From Spirochaetia bacterium (lineage in GTDB: Bacteria; Spirochaetota; Spirochaetia; UBA9216): a stretch of DNA of 64,000 nt. The position numbers and the translations under genes are program-made. The stretch is from assembly GCA_963677925.2 (NCBI GenBank), contig CAXXYH010000003.1, forward strand, positions 1,216,001 through 1,280,000. Direction: 5' to 3'. Under the pieces are notes generated by a model. The model searched no databases, was not told the DNA's origin, and saw only the letters and a list, made by a program, of their open reading frames with translations. Positions 9,017-18,844 of this stretch are shown piece after piece (the first letter of the stretch is position 1; each line of letters begins with the position of its first letter).

Positions 9017-9051
9017 GAGCAGGCCTAAAAAGTAAGTTTTTAGACCTGCTC
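9017..9051 (-). terminator. Hairpin after paaK (possible terminator)
   Basis: GAGCAGGCCTAAAAA/TTTTTAGACCTGCTC; no clear U-tract. Confidence 0.5.
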
Positions 9052-9054
9052 TGA

Positions 9055-10368
9055 TTAGAACTGCTGCTCCCGCTCATCAAGCACCCTTTTAGCCTTTCCC
9101 TCTGAAACAGGAAGGACTCCGTGTTCATGAAGTTCAACTACAGGACTTATAGATATGGAAGCCTTCAGGTTCTCTCCTATCTTCTTTTTGAGCGCATACA
9201 GATCTCTAGTATCGTCAGTCAGGATCTCAGGTGTGATTTCCGTTTTTACAATAAGTTTATCAAGAGGCCCGTTTTTCTGAACAACTATAAGATAGTTGGT
9301 TCCAACCTCGGGCATCCGCATAATCACCTCTTCAATCTGTGAAGGGAAGACATTTACACCGTTGATTATAAGCATGTCATCAGTCCTGCCCTTCATACGT
9401 GCAATTCGGCGATGAGTACGTCCGCACTGACAGGTTCCGGGTATGATCCGCGAAAGGTCCCTGGTCCGGTAGCGCAGCAGAGGCATTGCCTCACGGTTAA
9501 GAATTGTAAGAACAAGTTCGCCCTCTTCACCGTCGGGAACCGGCTGCAGGGTATCCGGGTCAATTATTTCAACAATATATGCGTCTTCCCAGACATGCAT
9601 GCAGTCGCGGTATACACATTCAAAGGCCAGCCCCGGGCCGTTCATCTCTGAAAGCCCGTAGGAATTGTATGCCTCGATATTCCAGAGTTTCTCGATTTTC
9701 TTACGGATATCCTCGGAATGCGGCTCGGCACCGATATATGCCTTTTTAAGGTTCAGGTCTTCGGGCTTGTACCCGAATTCTGACATTCTAGAATGCAGAT
9801 AAAGCATATAGCTTGGTGTGGCGTGAACAACCGAAGTGCTGAAGTCTTTCATCATCTTGAACTGCTTGGCAGTATTTCCAGAGCTGGCTGGAATAACCAT
9901 CATGCCGAGGTTCTCTGCACCGTAATGCAGGCCCAGACCGCCTGTAAAAAGCCCGTAGGTCATCATGTTCTGAAAAACATCCTGAGGCTGTGCACCGGTT
10001 GCCACTATTGATCGGGTTGTAATCTCGGTCGATCTTTTAAGATCAGCAGCCGAGAGATAAATTACAGTAGGGGTGCCTGTTGTACCGCTTGATGCATGCA
10101 TCCGCACAACATCATCACGGTCAACGGCAAGCATTCCATAAGGGTATGAATCTCGAAGATCATTCTTCGTTGTGAAGGGAATCTTTGAAAGATCGGCAAG
10201 TGTTCTGATATCTTCGCCGGAACTCAGTCCATGCTCCTTCAGTCTTTTTCCGTAAAAATCAGTCTTAAAAGCCTGGTCTACTGTCTTTTTCAGACCTTCA
10301 AGCTGAATCTTCTCGATGCCTTCCCTGTCAAGAGTTTCTATCTCTTTATCGTAGTATCTAATCTCCAT
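9055..10368 (-). CDS. paaK: Phenylacetate-CoA ligase
   Basis: HASSGTTG P-loop, YGLFTGGLG, YGLSE, RYRTRD, GRTDDML and GVNVFPSQIE. Confidence 0.92.
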   Translation of the reverse strand: MEIRYYDKEIETLDREGIEKIQLEGLKKTVDQAFKTDFYGKRLKEHGLSSGEDIRTLADLSKIPFTTKNDLRDSYPYGMLAVDRDDVVRMHASSGTTGTPTVIYLSAADLKRSTEITTRSIVATGAQPQDVFQNMMTYGLFTGGLGLHYGAENLGMMVIPASSGNTAKQFKMMKDFSTSVVHATPSYMLYLHSRMSEFGYKPEDLNLKKAYIGAEPHSEDIRKKIEKLWNIEAYNSYGLSEMNGPGLAFECVYRDCMHVWEDAYIVEIIDPDTLQPVPDGEEGELVLTILNREAMPLLRYRTRDLSRIIPGTCQCGRTHRRIARMKGRTDDMLIINGVNVFPSQIEEVIMRMPEVGTNYLIVVQKNGPLDKLIVKTEITPEILTDDTRDLYALKKKIGENLKASISISPVVELHEHGVLPVSEGKAKRVLDEREQQF

Positions 10369-10395
10369 TATGCTGCCCTTATGATATGTACTTTT

Positions 10396-10959
10396 TCAGC
10401 CTCTTCCTGCGCGGAATGCTGCGATGTTCTGATTTATGATATCCTCACCCTTTGATGAGAAAAGATTTTTTATAGCCGATTCAATATTTTCCTGATCGAT
10501 GGGAAGATACTTGGACGCGGCGCCGATCATTGCCATATTAGTCGATTTCATGTTTCCTGCTTCCTGGGCAATAGCCTTAGCCTGAACAATCTCCGCCTGA
10601 CCGGTCTTTTCTACGTTTTTAAGAATCTCCGCCTCTTCAGGATAATCGGGGATGTTTATTACAGGAGATGATGCGGTAATAAGTTTTCCGTCTGACTTAA
10701 GATATTCAAGGTAGCGGAGGCTTTCAAGCGGCTCCATACTCAGAATCATATCTGCAGAACCGAATCCGATTAAATCACCCGGGATCTCGCTGTCGGAGAT
10801 TCTGAGGTGAGACATTACAGCGCCTCCCCTCTGAGCCATTCCGTGGACCTCGGACTGACGGACTTTAAGCCCCTGAAGCATTGCTCCTGTTGCAATTCCA
10901 GCCGCTACCGACAGAACGCCCTGTCCGCCTACTCCGGCAAGTATGATGTCGTATTTCAT
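10396..10959 (-). CDS. iorB: Indolepyruvate:ferredoxin oxidoreductase beta subunit
   Basis: AGVGGQG and SEVHGMAQRGG. Confidence 0.93.
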   Translation of the reverse strand: MKYDIILAGVGGQGVLSVAAGIATGAMLQGLKVRQSEVHGMAQRGGAVMSHLRISDSEIPGDLIGFGSADMILSMEPLESLRYLEYLKSDGKLITASSPVINIPDYPEEAEILKNVEKTGQAEIVQAKAIAQEAGNMKSTNMAMIGAASKYLPIDQENIESAIKNLFSSKGEDIINQNIAAFRAGRG

Positions 10960-12560
10960 TTTGCGCCTCCGGATTTTCTGTTTTTTCTTGCTGTTTCAAG
11001 GCATTCTCTCAGCGCAATAATTACTGAAAGTCCCTTGTATTCCATTTCAGCCTTTATGACAGCTGTATTTTCTTCGTGGTTCTTTTTAAGAGGTGTGATG
11101 GTTTTAATGTGTTCTGAATCAACACCTATTCCTTCAAGAACCGATTTAATCCTTGATGAAGGAATTATAGTCTCCTGCCCGCCGGTCATAGCAACTGTTT
11201 CATTGTCCAGAATTATAAGAGTCATGGGTGTTTTACATGCAACAGCGTCAACCAGCGGGGAAAGACCGGAATGCATGAAGGTACTGTCGCCTATTACCGC
11301 AACTACCGGCTCAAAACCGGCTTCAGCGGCACCCTTTGCGGTACCGACAGATGCGCCCATACAGATAATCGTTTCAATTGCGTTATACGGCGGCAGAGCA
11401 CCAAGCGAATAACAGCCGATATCGGATGTAACAATCGAATTGTCAAAAGATTTTCTGGCCTCGTTCAGTGCAGCGTAGGTATCAGCATGCGGACAGCCCT
11501 TACACAGCTGGGGCGGTCGGCCGGGAAGCGCCATTTCGGCTGCAGGCCCCTTCCTTGAGCCAAGACCGAGTGCTGGTCTGATATTATCAGGATTAAGCTC
11601 TCCGGCTGAAGGTACAGGTCCGTCAATCTTTCCGGATATTTCCACACTCTGCTTTAAAAATCCCCGGAGGTAACGTTCAACAAATGAACACCCCTCTTCA
11701 AGAATTACAATCTTATCAACTGAATCTGCAAGCTTCTGTACCAGTTCCTGAGGAACAGGATAGGCGCTGATATGCAGATGTGATGGCTTCTGTCCAAGTT
11801 CTTCAGCGGCTTCATCGTAGTAGTTGCGGCCGAGTCCGGTTGTAATTACACCGAAATCTTTGAAGCTGCTGTTAATAGTAAGAGAGTTAAAGGATGATGC
11901 AGATGTGTAGTCTGTAAAATCCTTCTGCTGATCAAGCAGTGTCGCCCAGTTCTTTCTGGCCATTGCCGGAAGCAGCATCCAGCCTCTTACATTATCTGTT
12001 TTCTCAAGGCTGTTCTGAGCCCTCTTCTCACCGGGAACAACAACTGCACGGGAATGAGCCAGCCTGGTTACAATTCTTATCATGACAGGAATATGAAACT
12101 TCTCTGAAAGGTCAAAAGCTTCCCTGGTCATCTCGTATGTTTCCTGCTGGTTTCTGGGTTCAAGACAGATAATACGGGCAAAATCGGCAAAATACCGTGA
12201 ATCCTGCTCACCCTGCGATGAATGCATCCCCGGATCATCAGCGACCGCAATAACCAGTCCGCCCTTGATATCCAGAAGAGCCGAGTTCATAAAGGGGTCT
12301 GCCGCAACATTAAGTCCTACATGCTTCATTGTTACAAGCGAACGCTTTCCTACAAAGGAGGCTCCGAGTGCCTCTTCATATGCTGTCTTTTCGTTTGAAC
12401 TCCAGGAGGCAAATATACTGCCTGTCTTCTTTGAATAATTTAAAAGGTATTCCATTATCTCGCTTGATGGAGTTCCAGGATAACCATATGCCGATGATAT
12501 ACCGGCATCTATTGCGCCCAATGCAAGCGCTTCATCGCCTAAAAGGACCATTTCGCCCAT
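10956..12560 (-). CDS. iorA: Indolepyruvate:ferredoxin oxidoreductase alpha subunit
   Basis: GYPGTPSSE, MKHVGLNVAADP, LCKGCPH, DIGCY and ThDP motif GDSTF..DN; lacks a C-terminal ferredoxin domain. Confidence 0.93.
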   Translation of the reverse strand: MGEMVLLGDEALALGAIDAGISSAYGYPGTPSSEIMEYLLNYSKKTGSIFASWSSNEKTAYEEALGASFVGKRSLVTMKHVGLNVAADPFMNSALLDIKGGLVIAVADDPGMHSSQGEQDSRYFADFARIICLEPRNQQETYEMTREAFDLSEKFHIPVMIRIVTRLAHSRAVVVPGEKRAQNSLEKTDNVRGWMLLPAMARKNWATLLDQQKDFTDYTSASSFNSLTINSSFKDFGVITTGLGRNYYDEAAEELGQKPSHLHISAYPVPQELVQKLADSVDKIVILEEGCSFVERYLRGFLKQSVEISGKIDGPVPSAGELNPDNIRPALGLGSRKGPAAEMALPGRPPQLCKGCPHADTYAALNEARKSFDNSIVTSDIGCYSLGALPPYNAIETIICMGASVGTAKGAAEAGFEPVVAVIGDSTFMHSGLSPLVDAVACKTPMTLIILDNETVAMTGGQETIIPSSRIKSVLEGIGVDSEHIKTITPLKKNHEENTAVIKAEMEYKGLSVIIALRECLETARKNRKSGGAK

Positions 12561-12632
12561 GACACTACTCCTTGATGAAAAATTAAAACCGGCACCGGAT
12601 AATCCGATGCCGCGTATGGGTCTGTTTATAGT

Positions 12633-14225
12633 TTATTTGCCTATACCGGCAAAGCACTTGTCTACTATTTCAGGATCTTCCACTTTTGTACATAGGCTGA
12701 CAGCAATTGTTACTATGATGGAAACTGGAAGACCGAATACCAGCGGATCCACGAAATCCCAGATTCCGCCCAGAAGCGTCACCTTTCCGGTAAGTGCCTC
12801 GCAAATACCGAAGACCGCAGCCTCTTTTGCATGCAGAAAAAGATAGGCAAAAATCTGTACACCAAGACCGGATACAATTCCGGCGATTGCCCCCCGGCGT
12901 GTAAGCCGCTTCCAGAAAAGCGAGGCTGTGTAAGGAGCCAGAAAGCCGGAGGCCATTATACCGAAAAAGATAGCCGTTGCACGGGCAATAATTCCAGGAC
13001 CCAGTCTCAGAGAGAGAAGGACAGTAAAAATAATTGATAAAACCATTCCGACACGGGTTATAAGCACTCCCCCTGCCTTGGTTTTTCCCTTCATGATTCC
13101 GTATTCAAGGACATCGCGGCCGACAGCTGTGCCGACGGTGTGAAACAGAGAGCTGAGTGTGGACATTGCTGCCGAGATAATCACCAGCATGAACAGGTAT
13201 GCAAACCAGGTCGGCATAACATCTGAAATAAGCAGCGGCATTACGCTGTCAGGGTTACCTCCGGCAGCCTGTATTGCCAGCTGGCCTGATGTTTTCATAA
13301 AATACACATTGGATAAAGGCCCTACAACATAGGTTGTTCCTACGCAGACCAGAATAAACAGTCCTCCAATCAGGACCGCGCGGTGAATTTCCTTATCGCT
13401 TTTTACTGTCATATACCTTACAGCAAGCTGCGGCTGTGCTAAAACTCCGATTCCGACACCGAATACCAGTGAAGAGTAGATGACCCACCACAGGGGACTG
13501 CCTGAGGCCGGAGATTTTGTCCATCCCTGATGTCCGATAGCCCTCAGATTTTCAGGTACCATATCCGCCATGGCAGTCAGGGCGGAATGAGCCTCCACAA
13601 TACCGCCGAGTTTGTAGTAGATAAATATAAGCAGGAACAGCATGCCGCCCAGCATGAGAGTTCCCTGAAAGGCATCAGCATACATGACGCTTTTTATACC
13701 GCCCATAATTACATAAGCAGCTACTACAATTGTGAGAATAGTAACCGAATAGATAAAGGGTATTCCAAGAAGACCTTCCATTATACGGGCGGCGCCGATT
13801 AGAACGGCCGCTGTGTATACAGGCATAAAAATAAAAATAACAAGCCCGCCGAACCACTGAATAAACGGAGATCCTACTCTTCTTGAAAGGAATTCGGGAA
13901 AGGTCTGAGCACCTATGTTAAGCCCCATTCTCCTTGTCCTCTTTCCGTAGACAATAAATGCCAGAAAAATACCGACTATAATATTGCAGGCGGCAAGCCA
14001 GAGAAGACTCATTCCATACATCGACGAAACCCCTCCGAATCCGACAATTGCAGATGTCGAAATAAAGGTAGCGCCGTAGGACATGGCCATTATATAGGGA
14101 TGAACCGAGCGCCCCCCGACCAGGTAGTCAGCGGAGTTTCTGGTTTGACGGTAGCCTGCCCAGCCCAGAGATGCGATGACAGCCAGATATATTATTATAA
14201 TTACAATTAAAGGAAAAATATGCAT
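12633..14225 (-). CDS. Sodium:solute symporter (SSS family)
   Basis: Many TM helices; DYLVGGR, SYGATFIS and AAMST motifs. Confidence 0.92.
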   Translation of the reverse strand: MHIFPLIVIIIIYLAVIASLGWAGYRQTRNSADYLVGGRSVHPYIMAMSYGATFISTSAIVGFGGVSSMYGMSLLWLAACNIIVGIFLAFIVYGKRTRRMGLNIGAQTFPEFLSRRVGSPFIQWFGGLVIFIFMPVYTAAVLIGAARIMEGLLGIPFIYSVTILTIVVAAYVIMGGIKSVMYADAFQGTLMLGGMLFLLIFIYYKLGGIVEAHSALTAMADMVPENLRAIGHQGWTKSPASGSPLWWVIYSSLVFGVGIGVLAQPQLAVRYMTVKSDKEIHRAVLIGGLFILVCVGTTYVVGPLSNVYFMKTSGQLAIQAAGGNPDSVMPLLISDVMPTWFAYLFMLVIISAAMSTLSSLFHTVGTAVGRDVLEYGIMKGKTKAGGVLITRVGMVLSIIFTVLLSLRLGPGIIARATAIFFGIMASGFLAPYTASLFWKRLTRRGAIAGIVSGLGVQIFAYLFLHAKEAAVFGICEALTGKVTLLGGIWDFVDPLVFGLPVSIIVTIAVSLCTKVEDPEIVDKCFAGIGK

Positions 14226-14419
14226 CAGTCCATTTCTCCTGAAAGTTCTTTATCTACTTCGTATTTCTCGGCAAACCAGGCCCTTGCTTCATCCATTTCT
14301 TCAGTCGATACCTCGCCTCCCGAATTCCATTTCAGGAATCCGAAAACCGCACAGCCGGCTGCAGATAATACTGTAAGGATAAAAGCAAGGAAAACCGACA
14401 GATCAGGGATTCCAAGCAT
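14225..14419 (-). CDS. Small symporter accessory membrane protein
   Basis: MLGIPD...TM...CAVFGFLKWN; stop overlaps the SSS start. Confidence 0.8.
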   Translation of the reverse strand: MLGIPDLSVFLAFILTVLSAAGCAVFGFLKWNSGGEVSTEEMDEARAWFAEKYEVDKELSGEMD

Positions 14420-14514
14420 TTTTGATTCTCCAGATTTCTATCTAAAATTATTTGACTGAGTTTAACACTGATTTGATTTTTTTTGAAGCAAATTATTAAT
14501 GAAAAAATAAGCGG

Positions 14515-14552
14515 AACCAATTCAAAAACCGTAACGGTTTTTTGAATTGGTT
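14515..14552. terminator. Strong hairpin (probable terminator) between the two small membrane genes
   Basis: AACCAATTCAAAAACCG/CGGTTTTTTGAATTGGTT, 17-bp stem with one bulge. Confidence 0.75.
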
Positions 14553-14561
14553 TTTAAATAT

Positions 14562-14693
14562 TTAGAAATTGTTCTGTTCGTCTTCCCGTACTGTTACAGG
14601 CGGAACTGTGCTTTCACGGCTCCAGTTGATAAGACCGTATGCAATGCAGCCAACGATCGAAAGAAATAATAATGTGGAAGCGGCAACACCCAT
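14562..14693 (-). CDS. 43-aa small membrane protein, paralog of the symporter accessory protein (below the ORF-track cutoff)
   Basis: AGGAGA RBS + ATG; MGVAASTLLFLSIVGCIAYGLINWSRESTVPPVTVREDEQNNF; CIAYGLINW resembles CAVFGFLKW. Confidence 0.75.
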   Translation of the reverse strand: MGVAASTLLFLSIVGCIAYGLINWSRESTVPPVTVREDEQNNF

Positions 14694-14798
14694 AATGAAA
14701 TCTCCTGTAATATTGTTATATTAATATCCTCGTCAGTATATCACATAACATTTAATTATCCAATTAATTGAATGTTAATTTTGTAAATAGCACATCAA

Positions 14799-15053
14799 TC
14801 ACCGTTCACCCGACCGTCTGCGTTCATGATCGGGCAAATTACTGTCTTCCGGGCTGTTTTTTGAGCGTTTAATAGTTTTATAAAGACCTTTCGCAATAAG
14901 AGCTTCATAAGTACCCGCAGACATCAGGATATTTATATCCTCCAGAAGCTCTGTATCTCCGGATGCATGAAGCGCATTCAGGGCATCCATCATTCTTTTG
15001 TTCGTAGCTGAGAAAACCCGTCTTGCATCAAGTGATTTATCCATCAGCCCCAT
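14799..15053 (-). CDS. Hypothetical protein
   Basis: 84-aa ORF, GGGGG RBS, co-directional with the aminotransferase. Confidence 0.55.
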   Translation of the reverse strand: MGLMDKSLDARRVFSATNKRMMDALNALHASGDTELLEDINILMSAGTYEALIAKGLYKTIKRSKNSPEDSNLPDHERRRSGER

Positions 15054-15098
15054 AACTACCCCCTTCTACCCATAAGGGACATGTCCTGACGGACATGA

Positions 15099-16277
15099 TC
15101 AGAACAGTTCGAAAGCCTTTCTGAATCCCGGCATTGATCCCTCTATTACCTTATCGGCAACACAGAAAGCAATCCTGAAATATCCCGGTGCAGCAAAGCC
15201 TTTACCCGGTACTACTAGTATACGCTCTTTTTGAAGAGTATCAACAAAGGCTGAATCATCTCCGCCGGGAGCTTTGGGAAAAAGATAGAATGTTCCGGCA
15301 GGCTTATGAAAGTCATAGCCTATATCGGACAGCCCGTCACAGAGCATATCCCTCTTTCTCTTGTATTCATTCATATCAACACTGTCGCCCTGCATCTCGC
15401 CTACAATACGCTGCATCAGAGCCGGGGCATTCACAAAGCCTATAATTCGGTTGCACAGCGTTACTGCATTTACAAGGTTATCATAGTCATCTGCAGCAGG
15501 ATTAATTGCGGCATAACCGATGCGTTCACCGGGAATGGAAAGATCCTTCGAATATGAAGTCACAACAACAGTGTTCCTATAGATCGGAAACATTGCAGGA
15601 ACAACAGCCCCGTCAAAAACGATCTTCCGGTACGGCTCATCACAGACAATATAGATCCGGCGTCCGGTTTTTGCTGCAGATCGTTCAAGCATGGCCGCAA
15701 ACTTCTTTAGATTTTCTTCAGAATAGATTGTACCTGTCGGATTATGGGGAGAATTAAGAATAACAGCAGCAACATCGGGTCCCATAGCCTTCTCAAAGGC
15801 ATCAATATCCAGTTCAAAACCTTCTGCAGGTTCAATTATTTCAAGCTTTCCGCCGTGGTTGTCTGCATAAAACTTGTATTCCATAAAGCAGGGAGCACTC
15901 ACAAGAACACGATCGCCATAATTGATAATTGACTTTAAAACAGCATTCATAGCACCGCCGGCGCCGCTGGTCATGATTATTCCGGAGGCATCAACTGCCG
16001 TATTCTGCTCTTTGGAAACCCAGGCTGCTATTGATTTTCTTACATCGGGGTAGCCTGCATTCGGCATATATCCGTGTTTACCGGGGATCTCTGCATCCGC
16101 GTATTTTTTCAGAATCTGTGCAAATTTAGCCGGAGGTTCAATATTGGGATTACCAATACTGAAATCATATACATTGTCCTCACCGAATTCAGCCTTAAGC
16201 TGCGCACCTGCCTCAAACATCTTCCTAACCAGTGAAGATCCTTTTAACATTTCAAGTATGTGTGCTGATACTGCCAT
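15099..16277 (-). CDS. Class I/II PLP-dependent aminotransferase (aspartate/aromatic)
   Basis: NSPHNPTG, DEPY and PLP-Lys motif SYSKDLSIPGERIG; start moved to the ATG after GGAGA. Confidence 0.92.
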   Translation of the reverse strand: MAVSAHILEMLKGSSLVRKMFEAGAQLKAEFGEDNVYDFSIGNPNIEPPAKFAQILKKYADAEIPGKHGYMPNAGYPDVRKSIAAWVSKEQNTAVDASGIIMTSGAGGAMNAVLKSIINYGDRVLVSAPCFMEYKFYADNHGGKLEIIEPAEGFELDIDAFEKAMGPDVAAVILNSPHNPTGTIYSEENLKKFAAMLERSAAKTGRRIYIVCDEPYRKIVFDGAVVPAMFPIYRNTVVVTSYSKDLSIPGERIGYAAINPAADDYDNLVNAVTLCNRIIGFVNAPALMQRIVGEMQGDSVDMNEYKRKRDMLCDGLSDIGYDFHKPAGTFYLFPKAPGGDDSAFVDTLQKERILVVPGKGFAAPGYFRIAFCVADKVIEGSMPGFRKAFELF

Positions 16278-16350
16278 TCTTAGTTCTCCCGATTCTTTAA
16301 TAATATTGATGATAAAATACCGCAATCGGCTGGTTGTTGCAACTGGTATA

Positions 16351-16379
16351 TTGACAGACTGTCAGATTAGCCTTAAATT
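16351..16379 (+). promoter_or_regulatory. sigma70-like promoter with a palindrome over the -35 box
   Basis: TTGACA-17bp-TAAATT; TGACAG-A-CTGTCA palindrome at 16352-16364. Confidence 0.55.
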
Positions 16380-16399
16380 ATACTAAAGAGGTTTAAGTA

Positions 16400-16978
16400 T
16401 TGATTAAGAAGAATGCAGAATTCGGCAACAAGCTCAGGCTCGTGCGCGAAAGAAAAAACATGACTCTCAAGGACGTAGCAGGACAGGCCGGAGTAAGTGA
16501 AAGTCTTGTAAGTCAGATAGAGCGCAACAGGGTTTCCCCCTCAATCGACACGCTTATCGCCATAGCAGATGTTCTTAACCTTGATCTGGAATACCTGTTC
16601 AGGGATCTAAAGAACAACAGTGCTGTTTCAATAGTTAAACCGCAGGACAGGAATGTTATGATAATCAAGGGTGTTGAATATCAGCAGCTTTCCTTTATCC
16701 CGGACTCGGACATCAACCCCTCGGTTGAAGCCTTTCTGCTTGATATTCCGCCCGGAAAAGAAAAGGGTGATCTCGAGTTCGGACATCCGGGAAGAGAGAT
16801 GGGAACAATTACCGAAGGATGCGGTGAGCTGATATATGGAACATCAACATACCAGCTTGAAACCGGCGACACGGTATCATATTCTTCAGACATTCCTCAC
16901 ATAATAAGAAATAACGGAAACGGGCCCCTCAAGGCGATGTGGATCATCACCCCGGGCCGTATATTTACGCAAAATTAA
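16400..16978 (+). CDS. XRE-family regulator with cupin domain
   Basis: HTH SESLVSQIERNRVSPSI; cupin HPGRE...PH. Confidence 0.92.
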   Translation: MIKKNAEFGNKLRLVRERKNMTLKDVAGQAGVSESLVSQIERNRVSPSIDTLIAIADVLNLDLEYLFRDLKNNSAVSIVKPQDRNVMIIKGVEYQQLSFIPDSDINPSVEAFLLDIPPGKEKGDLEFGHPGREMGTITEGCGELIYGTSTYQLETGDTVSYSSDIPHIIRNNGNGPLKAMWIITPGRIFTQN

Positions 16979-16993
16979 TTTTAGGAGCCGGAT

Positions 16994-18274
16994 ATGGGTA
17001 AAACAACAGCTGAAAAGATTTTTGACTCCCACAGGATAGACTCTCCATCAGAAGGGATAGAGGTAATTAAGCTCGACAGGGTTTTCTGCCACGAAATAAC
17101 AACCCCTACTGCTATTGTCGATCTTATGGAAAGGGGTAAGGACAGGGTATTTGATCCTTCAAAAATCAAGGCCGTAATCGATCATGTAACACCAGCAAAG
17201 GATTCTCTTACTGCAACACAGGGAAAGGTTCTAAGGGACTGGGCAAGACGTCACGATATCAAGGATTTCTTTGATGTAGGAAGAAACGGTGTTTGCCATG
17301 CTATTTTCCCTGAAAAAGGATTTGTAAGACCGGGATTTACCATAATAATGGGCGATTCACACACTTGTACACATGGAGCCTTCGGAGCCTTCGCGGCAGG
17401 TGTCGGCACTACAGACCTTGAAGTTGGTATTCTCAAGGGTATATGCGCTTTCAAATCACCAAAGACCATGAAGATAAATGTAACAGGAAAACTGCCTGCA
17501 GGAGTTTACCCCAAGGACATAATCCTGAGTATAATCGGTAAAATCGGAACAGACGGTGCAACAAACCATGTAGTAGAGTTTGCCGGATCGGTAATCGAGG
17601 AAATGAGCATGGAAGGCAGAATGACTGTCTGCAACATGGCTGTTGAAGCCGGTGCAACTTGCGGCATCTGCTACCCCGACAGCACAACTGTTGATTACCT
17701 ATGGCCCTTCATCAGCTCAGAATATGCATCAAAAGAAGAAGCTCTCAAGGATTACTCTCAGTGGCTGCCTGATGCCGATGCCGAATATGCACAGGTAATT
17801 GAACTTGATGCAAACAGCCTTAAGCCTGTCTCAACCTTCGGGTACAAGCCCGATCAGATAAAGAATGTTGAAGATATGGGTGAGGTTAAAGTTGATCAGG
17901 TCTACATCGGCTCCTGTACCAACGGGAGAATCGAAGACCTTCGAGCAGCTGCCGCCGTGCTTAAGGGAAAGAAAATTGCAGAAAGCCTCAGAGTTATCGT
18001 GTCTCCTGCTACTCCGGATATCTACAAGCAGGCACTTTCAGAAGGCCTCATTGATGTATTCATGGATTCAGGCTGCTGTCTCACCAACCCGACCTGCGGT
18101 GCATGTCTGGGAATGAGCAACGGAGTTCTTGCCGCAGATGAGGTTTGTGTTTCAACTACAAACCGTAACTTCAACGGCAGAATGGGAAAGGGCGGAATGG
18201 TTCACCTGGTAAGCCCCGAAACAGCAGCAGCAACAGCCGTTAAAGGCTATCTGACTACAGCGGACAGACTTTAA
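16994..18274 (+). CDS. leuC: 3-isopropylmalate dehydratase/homoaconitase-family large subunit
   Basis: GDSHTCTHGA, GSCTNGR, CGAC and TNRNFxGRMG. Confidence 0.9.
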   Translation: MGKTTAEKIFDSHRIDSPSEGIEVIKLDRVFCHEITTPTAIVDLMERGKDRVFDPSKIKAVIDHVTPAKDSLTATQGKVLRDWARRHDIKDFFDVGRNGVCHAIFPEKGFVRPGFTIIMGDSHTCTHGAFGAFAAGVGTTDLEVGILKGICAFKSPKTMKINVTGKLPAGVYPKDIILSIIGKIGTDGATNHVVEFAGSVIEEMSMEGRMTVCNMAVEAGATCGICYPDSTTVDYLWPFISSEYASKEEALKDYSQWLPDADAEYAQVIELDANSLKPVSTFGYKPDQIKNVEDMGEVKVDQVYIGSCTNGRIEDLRAAAAVLKGKKIAESLRVIVSPATPDIYKQALSEGLIDVFMDSGCCLTNPTCGACLGMSNGVLAADEVCVSTTNRNFNGRMGKGGMVHLVSPETAAATAVKGYLTTADRL

Positions 18275-18284
18275 GGAGTAAGTA

Positions 18285-18809
18285 ATGAAGAATTTTTCAG
18301 GAAAAGCACTGTTCATCGACAGAAGCGATATAAATACAGACGAGATCATCCCGGCAAAATACCTGACCGAGATTGAAAAAAAGGCTATGGGCCCCCACCT
18401 GCTCGAAGATCTAAAGCTTGACGGTTTTGATCCTAATAAAGATCTTGACGGCGTAGAGGTGATAGTTACAAGAAACAACTTCGGCTGCGGCTCGTCCCGT
18501 GAGCATGCTCCCTGGGCACTTGAAGCCAGAGGAATTAATCTTGTAGCAGCAGCAGGTTTTGCAAGGATTTTCCGCCAGAACATGTACAACTGCGGAATGA
18601 TGGCTGTGGACCTTCCGGAAGCTGTAATTGATGAGCTTTTTGCAGAATTCGCAGGAAAAGCAACGGAAGTATCAACTGACTTTGAGGCCAGAAAAATGAC
18701 AGTAAAGTCCGGCAGTATTGAGAAGACGGTTGATTTCAGTATTTCAGGATATGATGAATCACTGGTTAAAGCAGGTGGCTGGGTAGAATACGCGGACAGT
18801 AATTACTGA
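18285..18809 (+). CDS. leuD: 3-isopropylmalate dehydratase small subunit
   Basis: DINTDEIIP and NFGCGSSREHA. Confidence 0.9.
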   Translation: MKNFSGKALFIDRSDINTDEIIPAKYLTEIEKKAMGPHLLEDLKLDGFDPNKDLDGVEVIVTRNNFGCGSSREHAPWALEARGINLVAAAGFARIFRQNMYNCGMMAVDLPEAVIDELFAEFAGKATEVSTDFEARKMTVKSGSIEKTVDFSISGYDESLVKAGGWVEYADSNY

Positions 18810-18844
18810 ACCGGCATCCACCCTGCCGCAGCTTGATTTGACTG

